A stretch of 60,000 nucleotides of DNA from Laetmonice hystrix (taxonomy: Eukaryota): NCBI GenBank assembly GCA_965235115.1, contig OZ249436.1:4528001-4588000 (forward strand), written 5' to 3'. Of the stretch, positions 25,922 through 37,897 are shown piece by piece (position 1 is the first letter of the stretch; each line of letters opens with the position of its first letter). The notes under the pieces were generated by a model, which saw nothing but the letters and a program-made list of their open reading frames with translations, was not told where the DNA came from and made no database searches. A program made the position numbers and the translations under genes.

Positions 25922-26334
25922 CAGCTGAAGATATCTCCGCTGCGGAAGGGTGCGGGTGGCTGATTATTCGCCGGCTGCCTGCGGGCAACCTCCTGTCGTC
26001 CGCAACTCGTCCGCAAGATTCTATGGAGCTGGCGCACGGAAGGTGGCGGCGCGGTCACTTAGCGGGCAGAGGTTATAATGGCAATGCCGTCGTCTACTTC
26101 TGCCTACGGGTGTTTTTCTAAGTTGATCAGGGAGGGAGAAATGTGTTTATTAGCGAAGCCAAAACTTAATCATTAATTTTAGGTGCTAATCACCGCTGCC
26201 AAAGCACTACGGTCATTCTGTGGCCGTCCTTTGTTGCATGTTCGCCGGCGGCAATATCAAATATTTCATTTAATCGGAGGTCATCACGATACATCTAATG
26301 ATAACCTGCAATTAATATTCGTGTAACGTTAACC

Positions 26335-26452
26335 GATACGGGGGGGGGCAATGTGACAGATACGGGGGCAATGTGACAGGTACGGGGGGGGGCAATGTGA
26401 CAGATACGGGGGGCAATGTGACAGATACGGGGGAGGCAATGTGACAGATACG
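26335..26452. repeat. Short tandem repeat GATACG(G)nCAATGTGACA, ~5 copies
   Basis: Direct tandem repeats with variable G run. Confidence 0.85.
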
Positions 26453-26574
26453 ACACTGGAGACTTGGCTTGGTGGGTTTATCACTGTCATTAATGAATTC
26501 TTCACAAAATAATTACATTGGAAACCACTTCGTCGCTCAAGATGGTGCCCTGGTTTTCGATGGTTGTTTCTTAA

Positions 26575-27063
26575 AGGAATCATGTCACCCTGGTTGAGCG
26601 TTCCGGGAAGCCAGTTCGGCCTGGTTTCACCCTTACCTTGTCAACATCTATGCACCTTCTCCCCCTAGGTTTAATATACGTATGTATTGTAAACAGACAC
26701 AGCGAAATGCACTGTCACCTTCACATTCCACATTTCTTGTCGGGAACATTCAAAAACAACGCTGCTTTCCGCCATCGGGAATGTCTGACCTACAGGCATA
26801 GCATTGCAACGGGTGAGATGATCACGTGATTGTGGCTATAGTCTCGCGTTCTGTGAAAAGTTTGTAAAGTCGCCCGGCTAAAACTATATCGCTAGAAAGA
26901 CGCGCGTCATTCCAAATTTGCTGTTTTTTAAATATTTTTTGAAAATATTCACGAAATCCAATCAGGTAAGTAGGCAGTGCTATGGAATATATTATTTACC
27001 AGATATATAAGCAGTATTTTCGCAAATTTGTAAAATCTATATGAAATAATTGACATTATTCCT
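26575..27063. mobile_element. Kolobok-like MITE
   Basis: TTAA|AGGAATCATGTCA ... TGACATTATTCCT|TTAA. Confidence 0.75.
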
Positions 27064-27740
27064 TTAACATTGAGGGATTTTTCTGGCATTAAGGCAGTAA
27101 ACTCATATTTTGCATATTCCATTTTGAAATGAATGCAAATTATATCGAATTTGTTATAGTATACGATCTCGGGAATGTTTTCTATGAGAGTTTAAAAGCT
27201 AAGCAAGTATGAATAACCAAGGAATCCTGAATCCTGATTCTAATTATGACTAGCGTCTTCATTCGTGAATATTTTACAGATAGTGGACTGGCACTGATTA
27301 AATCAGTTGTGATTGTCTGATGTTATTCTGTCTCTACAAGTGTTCTTCACGTCTTGCTCAGTTCTTCCCATGTCCGAAAGTGGCGGAATAAATGAGACTT
27401 CTTTCAGGTTTTCAAATGCGGCGCTCTTGTTTTCATCAATTCTCAAAAAGAAGCAGTTTTAGGATGTCATTGAAGTTGATGTTCTTGGAGAAACTTTATT
27501 TATGATACCATCACATTAATGAGAACTCACAACAGTTATATTTTCAGTTCCAAAGTGAGTTGTAACTTTCTTTCCCGCCTCCTCATCCAATGTCATTGTC
27601 AAGGTGATGCAACAGGTTGCCACATTCCCGTGTCCTGATTTCCTGAAGTAAAAGTCCGACGGACCTGCATTCCTAGCACTTGAAGTCCCTGAATGATGAT
27701 GTATAATTTAAAATATTTCTTCATCAACCTATCCCTAATC

Positions 27741-28223
27741 TATGGAGCCCCGGAGGTGACATGCTGAAAATAATTTATTATTATTAATTTGTGGCCACGA
27801 ATTACTAAACCGTGGCCACGAATTACTAAACCGTGGGCACGAATTACTAAACCGTGGCCACGGATTACTAATCCGTGCGCACGGATTACTAAACCGTGGC
27901 CACGAATTACTAAACCATGGCCACGGATTACTAATCCGTGGCCATGTATTACTAATCCGTGGCCACGGATTACTAATCCGTGCGCACGGTTTAGTAATCC
28001 GTGCGCACGGTTTAGTAATCCGTGCGCACGGTTTAGTATTAGTAAACCGTGCGCACGGATTACTAAACCGTGCGCACGGATTAGTAATTCGTGGCCACGA
28101 ATTAATAAACCGTGGCCACGGTTTAGCAATCCGTGTGCACGGTTTAGTAATCCGTGCGCACGGTTTAGTAATCCGTGCGCACGGATTAAAAAAAAATATT
28201 TTCAGCATGTCACCTCCGGGGCT
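27741..28223. mobile_element. IS3EU-like foldback MITE with internal 21-bp repeats
   Basis: TATGGAGCCCCGGAGGTGACATGCTGAAAATA / TATTTTCAGCATGTCACCTCCGGGGCT (last 5 bp lost); CTAATC on both sides; CCGTGGCCACGGATTACTAAA repeats in both orientations. Confidence 0.8.
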
Positions 28224-28324
28224 CTAATCCTAACCTTAACCCTAATCCATATTTATTTCCTTAATCATATTGTCTTATAGCACGAAGATGATGACCTTGG
28301 ACATGCATAACCAGGGAATCCAGG

Positions 28325-29771
28325 TCCGGCAGACCTCCATTCCGGCAGACCTCCATTCCGGCAGACCTCCATTCCGGCTGATCTCCATTCCGGCTGACCT
28401 CCATTCCGGCTGACCTCCATTCCGGCAGACCTCCATTCCGGCTGACCTCCATTCCGGCAGACCTCCATTCCGACAGACCTCCATTCCGGCAGACCTCCAT
28501 TCCGGCAGACCTCCATTCCGGCAGACCTCCATTCCGGCAGACCTCCATTCCGGCTGACCTCCATTCCGGCAGACCTCCATTCCGGCTGACCTCTATTCCG
28601 GCTGACCTCCATTCCGGCTGACCTCCAATCCGACTGACCTCCATTCCAGCAGACCTCCATAGGGAGCCGAAGTAGGTCACGAGAATTCAAGAGATTTCGC
28701 GTTGTGGGGACAAGGAGCAGATAGCCTCGCTGGTTTAACATTGCGATGGCCATAGGGAACAGTGCCAGTCAACTTTAAAATATTTTTATTCTGCAGTGAA
28801 GTCGCTGTTAATATGTTTACTCTAGGATAAAGTTTGTTTTATAGTTTAGAAAGTTAGATTGTGAATATACAGGCTGGTTTTTGTAAACCTGTCGGCCCTG
28901 CCAATGCTAATCCTATGGGGAAATTTTTGACGTCACAATCGCATGCCGCACGTTTGGTGCTATCGCGAGCTGGTTTGAGGCTATTTAACGTCATTTGCAT
29001 AACCAGGTCACGAGACTTCGGCGCCCTATTCTGGCAGACCTCCATTCCGGCTGACCTCCATTCCGGCAGACCTTCATCCGGCTGACCTCCATTCCGGCTG
29101 ACCTCCATTCCGGCTGACCTCCATTCCGACAGACCTCCATTCCGGCAGACCTCCATTCCGGCTCCATTCCGGCTGACCTCCATTCCGGCTGACCTCCATT
29201 CCGACAGACCTCCATTCCGGCTGACCTCCATTCCGACAGACCTCCATTCCGGCAGACCTCCATTCCGGCTGACCTCCATTCCGACAGACCTCCATTCCGG
29301 CTGACCTCCATTCCGGCTGACCTCCATTCCGACAGACCTCCATTCCGGCAGACCTCCATTCCGGCAGACCTCCATTCCGGCAGACCTCCATTCCGGCTGA
29401 CCTCCATTCCGGCAGACCTCCATTCCGGCAGACCTCCATTCCGGCTGACCTCCATTCCGGCTGACCTCCAATCCGACTGACCTCCATTCCGGCAGACCTC
29501 CATTCTGGCAGACCTCCATTCCGGCAGACCTCCATTCCGGCTGACCTCCATTCCGGCTCCATTCCGGCTGACCTCCATTCCGGCTGACCTCCATCCGGCA
29601 GACCTCCATCCGGCTGACCTCCATTCCGGCTGACCTCCATTCCGGCAGACCTCCATTCCGGCTAACCTCCATTCCGGCTGACCTCCATTCTGGCAGACCT
29701 CCATTCCGGCTGACCTCCATTCCGGCTGACCTCCATTCCGGCAGACCTCCATTCCGGCAGACCTCCATTCC
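28325..29771. repeat. Minisatellite, 16-bp unit (CCTCCATTCCGGC(A/T)GA), split by a transposon insertion
   Basis: Arrays 28325-28660 and 29028-29771; explains ORFs between 28261 and 29822. Confidence 0.96.
28661..29027. mobile_element. ISL2EU-like non-autonomous element inserted in the 16-bp array
   Basis: AT|AGGGAGCCGAAGT ... ACTTCGGCGCCCT|AT; removal restores the unit CCTCC-AT-TC. Confidence 0.65.
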
Positions 29772-30634
29772 TTTCAAACCTGTCCACCAGGCACCTTCAC
29801 CGGAAGTTTTATACGTCTGCATCAGTTCCGTCTTACAAAACCTGCAGTGGATATTTTATCAAAATGACAAAGTGAGGAGCATTTTTTTACTCCGTGCAAG
29901 GTGAAGGCTTGGCTGTGGAAAGGGAATATGTGAAGTATAGATGTACTGCAGGCTCAGACTGCTCAAAGTGACAGGAATGCGATAAGTAAAATACTTTGTG
30001 AAACGATAGACCAGCTGAAAGGTTACTGTAAACGTGTGGATCTACCTTAAAAGTCATAGAACATTGCAATGTGAGACCTTCATTGTTCTGACCATTGAAC
30101 ACAGTATTTCTTAAATGGCAACACTTGCAACAGCAGTTTTGAAAGAAAGTGTCCCAAGTCCCCTCAGCCATCTCTTTCTAAACATTCTCACTGGATTTCA
30201 TTACACCATTAAGTTGGTCTGTGGATGGAGGTAATTGTTTTGTTCTCCGTAGGGTAGGTCAAGGTTGGAGCAGGTTATTTATGGTGTTAGAGGGGGCGTG
30301 GGATTAGGTATATTCTCAGCTACCCCGCAGGTCATGTATGGAGCCGGCCTTGCAGAAAGTAATAGGAACCGAGAGGTGAGATCTTGAAGTCCACCTCCTG
30401 GACGTCAGGCCATCCACCCACCACCCTTCCCAGAACCTAATAGGCATAATTCATTATGACGTCAGTACTTGATTGTGGTATGTGATTGGCCCATCGAAAA
30501 TATGGACACAAACATCGAAGGTAGTTCCGTATCCTGCGTATTTCTCCAACAAGATAACGATATTTTCGTCAATCTTTTTACAATACAAGTGTTAAATGTC
30601 CTCGCTTTTCTGGATGTAGACATAGTGTCATCCA

Positions 30635-31885
30635 ATCTCCCATGATGCAGAGGGGCTCGCTCCACTACTCCTCTGCTACACCTGACTTTTTACGGAAAAA
30701 ATCGGGCCCCTTCGCGTTTAACCCTGTTTTTGCAAAGTCGGCCGCCCTTTATGGTATCTATAACATTTAACGTACCTCTAAATCCCGAAACCGAGATTAT
30801 AACAAGTGACATTCACCATACAAGAGAAATACCTGATGAAATATTAGGAACTACACTTGCGGAGGGAAATCAGCTATAGTCGCAATTAAGTCGGTTGGCC
30901 AATTTCGGGATGCTTCGAAATACTTCGGGTGTTTCCGACTAGGTACTTCCGTTCAACATAGCGGCTGCAGATGATTTCTCCGAAGATTTAGATGTTTGTG
31001 TGGCATCATATTCTGACAGTCTGCGCCGTGAAAGTAAACAACAGGAGTGCCTCAGCAAAATCGAGCAGCCACGATTCGAGCTCGGCAATGTTCAGCTGTC
31101 CCGGTCGGGGATTTCTAGGTCAGGTTAGGAGTCACTCCAACGGCAGTACCCAGCCTGTGGCAGAAATTAAATGAAGTGAACGATCTCTGTCCGGAGCGTG
31201 AGTGTCAACGGCCCCTACACCAAGCTACAGTCTGCATCACGCATGGCCATGTTGGCCACACTCCAAGCAGAGATCGGTCACTCAGTTGACGGAAGCGGAA
31301 GTGGTTGGAGATTAAGCAACTTCCTTCCGCGTGTCGATTTTCTGACAAGTGAAATTACCCAGCACCTGGCCTAATATAGCACCCTCCGGACAGAGATCGT
31401 TCTCTTCGTTCAATCTCTGCCACACATTAGGTACTACCGTTTGAGTGACCCCTGACCTGACCTAGATATCCCCGGAACAGGCTGAGGCACTCTTCTTGTT
31501 TACTTTTTAGGCGCAGACTCTCGGGACATATGCCACACAAACATCCAAATCTTCGGAGAAATCATCTGTAGCCGCCATGTTGGAACGGAAGTACCTAGTC
31601 GGAAACACCCGAAGAATTTCAAATCATCCCGAAATTGCCCCGACCGACTTGCGACTAGCTGTTTTCCCTCCGCAAATGTAGTTTCTAATATTTCATCAGG
31701 TATTTCTCTGGCATGGTGAATGTCACATGGTATTCATTCGGTTTTGGGATTTAGAGGTACGTTAGACTTTACAGATACCATACAGCCTTTGAAAAAACGG
31801 GGTTAAACGCGGCCCGATTTCGCCCGTAAAAAGGCATGTGTGGCAGAGGGGCAAGCGGAGCAAACCCCTCTGCATTATGGGAGAT
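30635..31885. mobile_element. Long-TIR foldback element (arms ~500-560 bp, ~180-bp spacer), unclassified
   Basis: ATCTCCCATGATGCAGAGGGG... (30635-31200) is an imperfect inverted repeat of 31378-31885 (...CCCCTCTGCATTATGGGAGAT); no clear TSD. Confidence 0.85.
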
Positions 31886-32001
31886 AGCGGAGGCGTCTGT
31901 TAGGCAGGGTAGCAGGCTACCTATATATATATCACCTGCTCAGGGTGACGTTTCACTTTCCAACGGCAGAGGTCAGACGGCGGCCTACTGACTCTGCCAC
32001 C

Positions 32002-32244
32002 TATGGAATACCGGCGACGACATGCGAGATGCGAGACAGTGTGTTTGGGTTAGGGTAAAGGTTATGCCTAGGGTTAGTGTTAGTTTTCACTTTAGGAAAA
32101 GTTTATCCCCCAAATTATGCTATTGTTAAATAGGCACGTGGATCGTGATGTCGGTGTCAATAAGAAACATTCTATGTGCTAAATTGACACTGTTCGGTCC
32201 CATGTCGCTTCTCGCATCTCGCATGTCGTCGCCGGTATTCCATA
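32002..32244. mobile_element. IS3EU-like MITE
   Basis: 35-bp perfect TIR TATGGAATACCGGCGACGACATGCGAGATGCGAGA; perfect 6-bp TSD GCCACC. Confidence 0.9.
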
Positions 32245-33805
32245 GCCACCAGCTCCCGCACCTCCCGCACTACTTGCGCGTAAGGGCACCCAGTGCTGCC
32301 ATCTACTGAGCGATAATAGAGAACAAAAGCAAACGCGCGTTTCTGGGATAAAAAGCCTAACTTTGACCTGGTGCTACACTACTACTAAATCAAGCTCCAA
32401 AGATTTGCTGGTCCACAGACATAGACATATATCCATACTTTTTAAAAACCTGTTAGAGCTCATTAGAGCTCGACGATTTTATGTATTTTTCAGCCTGTGC
32501 TGCACATGCCCCTCAGACACGTTCCCGGCTTTGAGCTCTCACTGACCGGGATTTGCACGCGCCGATACCCGCGAGAGCGGCGATTGGGCAGGCGGTCTCT
32601 CTGCTAGACTCTGGCCGTGACTTGTCGTGCACGCGGCGAGCAATCGTAGCCTACTTTAAACGATTGTGTACCTATTACTTCCAAAGTCTTCTGAGCTTTA
32701 GATTTAAAATAGTAGGCCTATATAACACGTTTTCTCTGTCCAAAATTGAAAACAACGTTGCGCGGCAGGACACCGACAGGCCAACTGCTTGCTGTCGGGA
32801 GTTGCTGCGTCCAAGTGCCGGCCAGTGATGGCTCCAAGCCGGGTAGGTAGCTGAGCCGATAATATATAGCCTGAGCGAAATGTAGAGTATACGACAGAAG
32901 CTATACGCCCACACCTAGACTGGAGCCAGTCAGCTAGTAGGCCTATTCATTGCTGCAACCTTCTAAGGGATCCATTGTAGAGAACTCGCAAGAAAAAGCA
33001 ATATTTTTCTAAAGGAAAAATACTGTACTGGAAACGTGCATAGCATGTAGGCTTGGCCGGTAAATAAACGCACGTGATCAAATTACGTCATCTGACTGGT
33101 TACGAGCACATGTTCTATAGTTACGAGCAAAAGACGAATCACTTCCCGTGCAAAAAAAAAACCTCCGCAAACAAGCTGCTAATTCTGATCATTTACAACA
33201 TTTTTTTGCCCGAAATCTTACATTTTTATTTTTGGTAAATGCAGAGCTTTTATTTCAATTTATTTCAATTGACTTAATTTTCTTTTATGGGTGTTAAATG
33301 AAGTGGCACTATATGTCAGCCAGATGACAAGTGATGAGGCCAGCTGGTGCTAGCGCCATAAGCCGGCCGATACAAATGAGGTCGCGCATGCGCGGTAGGA
33401 ACTAGTTTGGGGCACGTTTGTCTTCCGGACCATCAATGAAGGTCAAGGAATCCTTCCCACGACCACATTCAATTACACAAAGGTAATAATGTCCTTTTGG
33501 AAGCCAAGGCTGGTGGATTTCCCACGGTGTTAACCGAATTCTCTGCTGCCTGCCAGGGTGGCTGATTTGTCATTTGCCAAACAATAGAGCTTACCTGCCA
33601 GTACTGGGAGCGTTCATTAGTGGCGGACACTCACTGGAGATATTGACCCTGATAGTCGGCCTTACCTACGCCTTTACTTCGTCAGCCATACAAGGATGAC
33701 ACTCTGTAATGATATTGGATAATATAAGGTCAGCTATTTTTAAAATAAAAACAGCTATATGTTCATATCTTCATTCTGAAACAGCATTGGGTAAGCGCAG
33801 CCCGT

Positions 33806-34171
33806 AGTGAAATAATCAGTGAAATAATCAAAATGACAAATGTCATTCTGTCTACCGTCTTGAAGTACTTTAATCCCACCTACAGTCAGTGAAATAATCA
33901 AAATGACAAATGTCATTCTGTCTACCGTCTTGAAGTACTTTAATCCCACCTATACAGTCAGTGAAATAATATAAATGACAAATGTCATTCTGTCTACCGT
34001 CTTGAAGTACTTTAATCCCACCTACAGTCAGTGAAATAATATAAATGACAAATGTCATTCTGTCTACCGTCTTGAAGTACTTTAATCCCACCTACAGTCA
34101 GTGAAATAATATAAATGACAAATGTCATTCTGTCTACCGTCTCGAAGTACTTTAATCCCACCTACAGTCAG
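33806..34171. repeat. Minisatellite, 70-bp unit, 5 copies
   Basis: CAGTGAAATAAT..AAATGACAAATGTCATTCTGTCTACCGTCTTGAAGTACTTTAATCCCACCTACAGT repeated. Confidence 0.96.
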
Positions 34172-34462
34172 GGAATAGACACACGGATAGTCGGACACGC
34201 AGGTGTTTCGTCAATCCGTCAATCTGGTCGGAACACCCCACGTCAATCTGACAATTGACACACAGTAATTGGATAGGGTTTATTCCGGTAGGCAGGTACG
34301 CCAGGCTGGGCACGCGTATTCCAATGTGGGTCGGACCGCAATCTTATAAACAGCTTTCTCAGAAAACCCCACAAATAGCTCGTAGGTCTTCTTACCATGA
34401 ATGTCATTGTTGAATCGTCATTACCATTATGCTTGGAAGGGTCGTGAAAGGGTTCCCTGTGG

Positions 34463-34799
34463 CACCTCTACATTAGGCCATCCAGCCGAGGAGAGTACCT
34501 CCCCAACCCTCACCTCTACATTAGGCCATCCAGCCGAGGAGAGTACCTCCCCAACCCTCACCTCTACATTAGGCCATCCAGCCGAGGAGAGTACCTCCCC
34601 AACCCTCACCTCTACATTAGGCCATCCAGCCGAGGAGAGTACCTCCCCAACCCTCACCTCTACATTAGGCCATCCAGCCGAGGAGAGTACCTCCCCAACC
34701 CTCACCTCTACATTAGGCCATCCGGCCGAGGAGAGTACCTCCCCAACCCTCACCTCTACATTAGGCCATCCAGCCGAGGAGAGTACCTCCCCAACCCTC
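34463..34799. repeat. Minisatellite, 48-bp unit, 7 copies
   Basis: CACCTCTACATTAGGCCATCCAGCCGAGGAGAGTACCTCCCCAACCCT repeated. Confidence 0.97.
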
Positions 34800-35542
34800 G
34801 CCAGGTGTTGATGAGCGATGAGAAGGTGTTCGAGTAACCCTACATTTGATAATTTTTCAATTAAAAGCGGCTGATTCGGGAAATCGAGAAACTGAACCGA
34901 ACTATTTGCTTTCCAGAAACGGGTGAATGTAATCCTCCACCCATTTAACGACGAACGATTCGAAGAAAATAGGTGTCCGGGAAATTGGTCAATTTCAATA
35001 CTCGTGGGTGGCTGCCTCTTTGGAATAGGTACAACTGTTGTAGTTTTCTACAGTCGGAGTCCATGGACGACGCTTTCATGAAATGAACTGTTGAAATGAA
35101 CTGTTGGTACTCACCGTTGATGTGAATACGGGGGAGGAGGATTCGCTCAAATCCCCGCCATATTGAGCCGGCATACCAAGTATATTCTTTTTCTCTTTAT
35201 CTCGGTCGAGGAAAAATGGGGCGGAAATTATGAAGTGCCCCTAAAATTTAATTACATGTAATGCGTTTAAGCGATCGATAATTTGTGCAGTTTGTATGTC
35301 TGTTTGGTAACCTTTCATCGGAAATATCACGTTGCCGCTCTTCCGTCATCTGACAGTGTTCATAATGTTAAAGGTAATCTTTAAACAATGGAAACAGTGG
35401 CATGATTCGAGAACAATGCATCACAATCTTGTGTATTAACACATTTGAATATTAGAACATTTCCTCGTCCGAATTGTCAGGTAATAACAAACTATTCTTC
35501 TGAAACGCAGGTGTCCCCAGGTATCGTGTGTTAGTTGATCAG

Positions 35543-35917
35543 GGCCCCGTTTCATAACTGATAACGCAGCTGCGTTATTAACGCAGATGCGCAAATAGCC
35601 TCATTTGAGGTTAATGTGTTGCATAACTAATAACGCAACGCACTATGCGTTCATAGCGCGCGTTGTCTGGCTCTAAAATCGTTTGATTAACGCGCACCTA
35701 TCTGCGCTAACCTCCCATTATGAAATATAAAGCTGGCATTTCTACGAAAATACGTTACGTGGATACTTCAATTGAAAAGTGGGGGAGACCGGGGACAATG
35801 GCGTCTACGCAAATGCTTATGAAACACTTTAACGCAACGATTGGTATCTTCATCGTTTGCTAATAACGCACTTGTGCGTTATTAGTGTGCGTTCGCTGTT
35901 AGTTATGAAACGGGGCC
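35543..35917 (+). mobile_element. Harbinger-like (CWG-target) MITE, copy 1
   Basis: CAG|GGCCCCGTTTCATAACT ... AGTTATGAAACGGGGCC|CGG. Confidence 0.85.
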
Positions 35918-35952
35918 CGGGTGTGTCCAGGTATCGTGTGTTAGTTGATCAG

Positions 35953-36326
35953 GGCCCCGTTTCATAACTAACAGCGAACGCACACTAGTAACGCACAAGT
36001 GCGTTATTAGCGAACGATGAAGATAGCGATCGGTGCGTTAAAGTGTTTCATAAGCATGTTACAATTATCCCCAGTCTCCCCTGCTTTTCAATTTATGTAT
36101 CCACGTTACATATTTTCGTAAAATTGCCAGCTTTATATTTCGTAATGGAAATTTAGCGCAGACCGTTATAGGTGCGCGTTAATTAAACGATTTTAGAGTC
36201 AGACAACGCGCGCTATGAACGCATAGTGCGTTGCGTTTTTAGTTATGCAACACATTAACCTCAAATGAGGCTATTTGCGCATCTGCGTTAATAACGCAGC
36301 TGCGTTATCAGTTATAAAACGGGGCC
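35953..36326 (-). mobile_element. Same MITE family, copy 2, in opposite orientation
   Basis: CAG|GGCCCCGTTTCATAACT ... AGTTATAAAACGGGGCC|CAG; interior is the diverged reverse complement of copy 1. Confidence 0.85.
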
Positions 36327-37897
36327 CAGGTGTACCCAGGTATCGTGTGTGATCAGGTGGATGGCTGGTGTTTGTTTGCCGGACAGGGTCAGCACCTCTA
36401 CCCCTCCAGGCTGCTCCTCTCAATATTATTTTTGATCTAGGCCTATGTTTTTTGGTTCGGAATCGGTTTCCATAGAGTAAAGGTCTCTGTAAAGAATTCG
36501 CTCTAACTTCGAAAACCAGCCGAACAATCGTTACATGGCGAGACACAGCGCATTCTGGATCACGTCCAAAACGACGTCAAAGTAACGAAGGAAACAGATG
36601 CTTCATCTGAGAAAGTAAGGCGTTAAGCTATCCATTGTTGTAATGGATATTTCATTAAAACTGCAACGGCAGTCTGTTGTATTCAAAGCGAGGACAGCCA
36701 AGGTCGTGGTCGTTGTTTATGAGTTCATTTTACACGGTTCATTTAATTCTTATGAGACTTACCATTTCAGCCAGCTGTCACCCAAAACAACAACTACAAC
36801 AACAAAAGGCCGCGTCACCGCACCACTTTTGAAATGTTCATCATATCAGAAACCGGGAAATTTGTTTCTTGGCCATACCTGGTTTGGTTTTTTTTTCGGT
36901 CAGTCATTAGTCACAGGAAAACGATTATATTTTCACCTAATTTACAAAGATAAATATCTTATCTGTGATATGTTGGCCAACAACCAGATGTTCATACTAG
37001 AAGCAGAAGTATATTCCAATACTTTCTGCACCTTATCTTGTTTTTACCTTCCCTGTAACACTCTCATTAGCCGATACGAACACGTGCATATATTCGTGCA
37101 GAGTTCCGTCGTGCTTTAATTGATCAATATCTGTACCAGCTTTCACGCTCAAACAATCAGGTAGAAGCAGACAAGGAAGAAGATAATTATATCAACTCAT
37201 TAAATCTCTGCAGAATGATCTGCTGGCGTGTAACACCCTTGATTGGCAGTTGTAATCTAGCGCTGCAAAATGAGCAGAGACAGAGGTGGAAGGAAAACAC
37301 GCGAGGCAGCTTAACTCGCTAAAGTTACAATCGTAATATTCATCCCCGACAGCATCTAGTCCTCATAGCTATGGGTAATATGACTTCACCATTGGTTGGG
37401 TGGAGAACATTGTGTCCTGTAGTGTTTCTATATTCTATGTATCCTCCAAGGGTTTGATGTATCCACGGTACATTGCCAGGCAGGAATCACCAATTGCCGT
37501 TATCCACATTGGTTTCATGGCATTCTTTACAATGGCTATCAAATATGATGAGTGACATGGGTTTAAGGAATTCTCCATGGTAGCGCTAAAAACATGGTCG
37601 TCGTGTTAAAAAGGGCAAGCTCTCTTACGGTCCATTAGGCAAAATGAATTATGATCTGGCGCAATGAACGCTAGGAGAGAATGAAGAAAAGGCTGTCACG
37701 TTGTTTTCTGTTTCGAATATGGCATCGTTTATTTAGGCTGGTAAAGGTGTCTGGCTGGCTGCTCTGGTGCTGGCTCTGCCGAGGATGTATGTGCTATGTC
37801 GTTTAGAATTATGTATAAAGATATATCGAAGTGTTTCCTAGATCAAGACGTAACAGTGAAAATGAGCAAAAATAAACTCGGAATTTGACAGACAGGA

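Noticed and set aside
28224..28250. Telomere-like TAACCC/GGGTTA motifs (also ~32047-32082 and ~39524-39553)
   Set aside because: Only a few degenerate units, associated with MITE interiors or flanks; not a telomeric array
32330..33320. Possible additional DNA-transposon body
   Set aside because: TE-like composition but no TIR pair or TSD could be identified
34401..34811. Mucin-like Ser/Thr/Pro repeat ORF (TSTLGHPAEESTSPTL)x7
   Set aside because: Near-identical DNA units with no evidence of coding constraint and no convincing splice sites; it looks like the many neighbouring non-coding arrays, though an exon cannot be fully excluded
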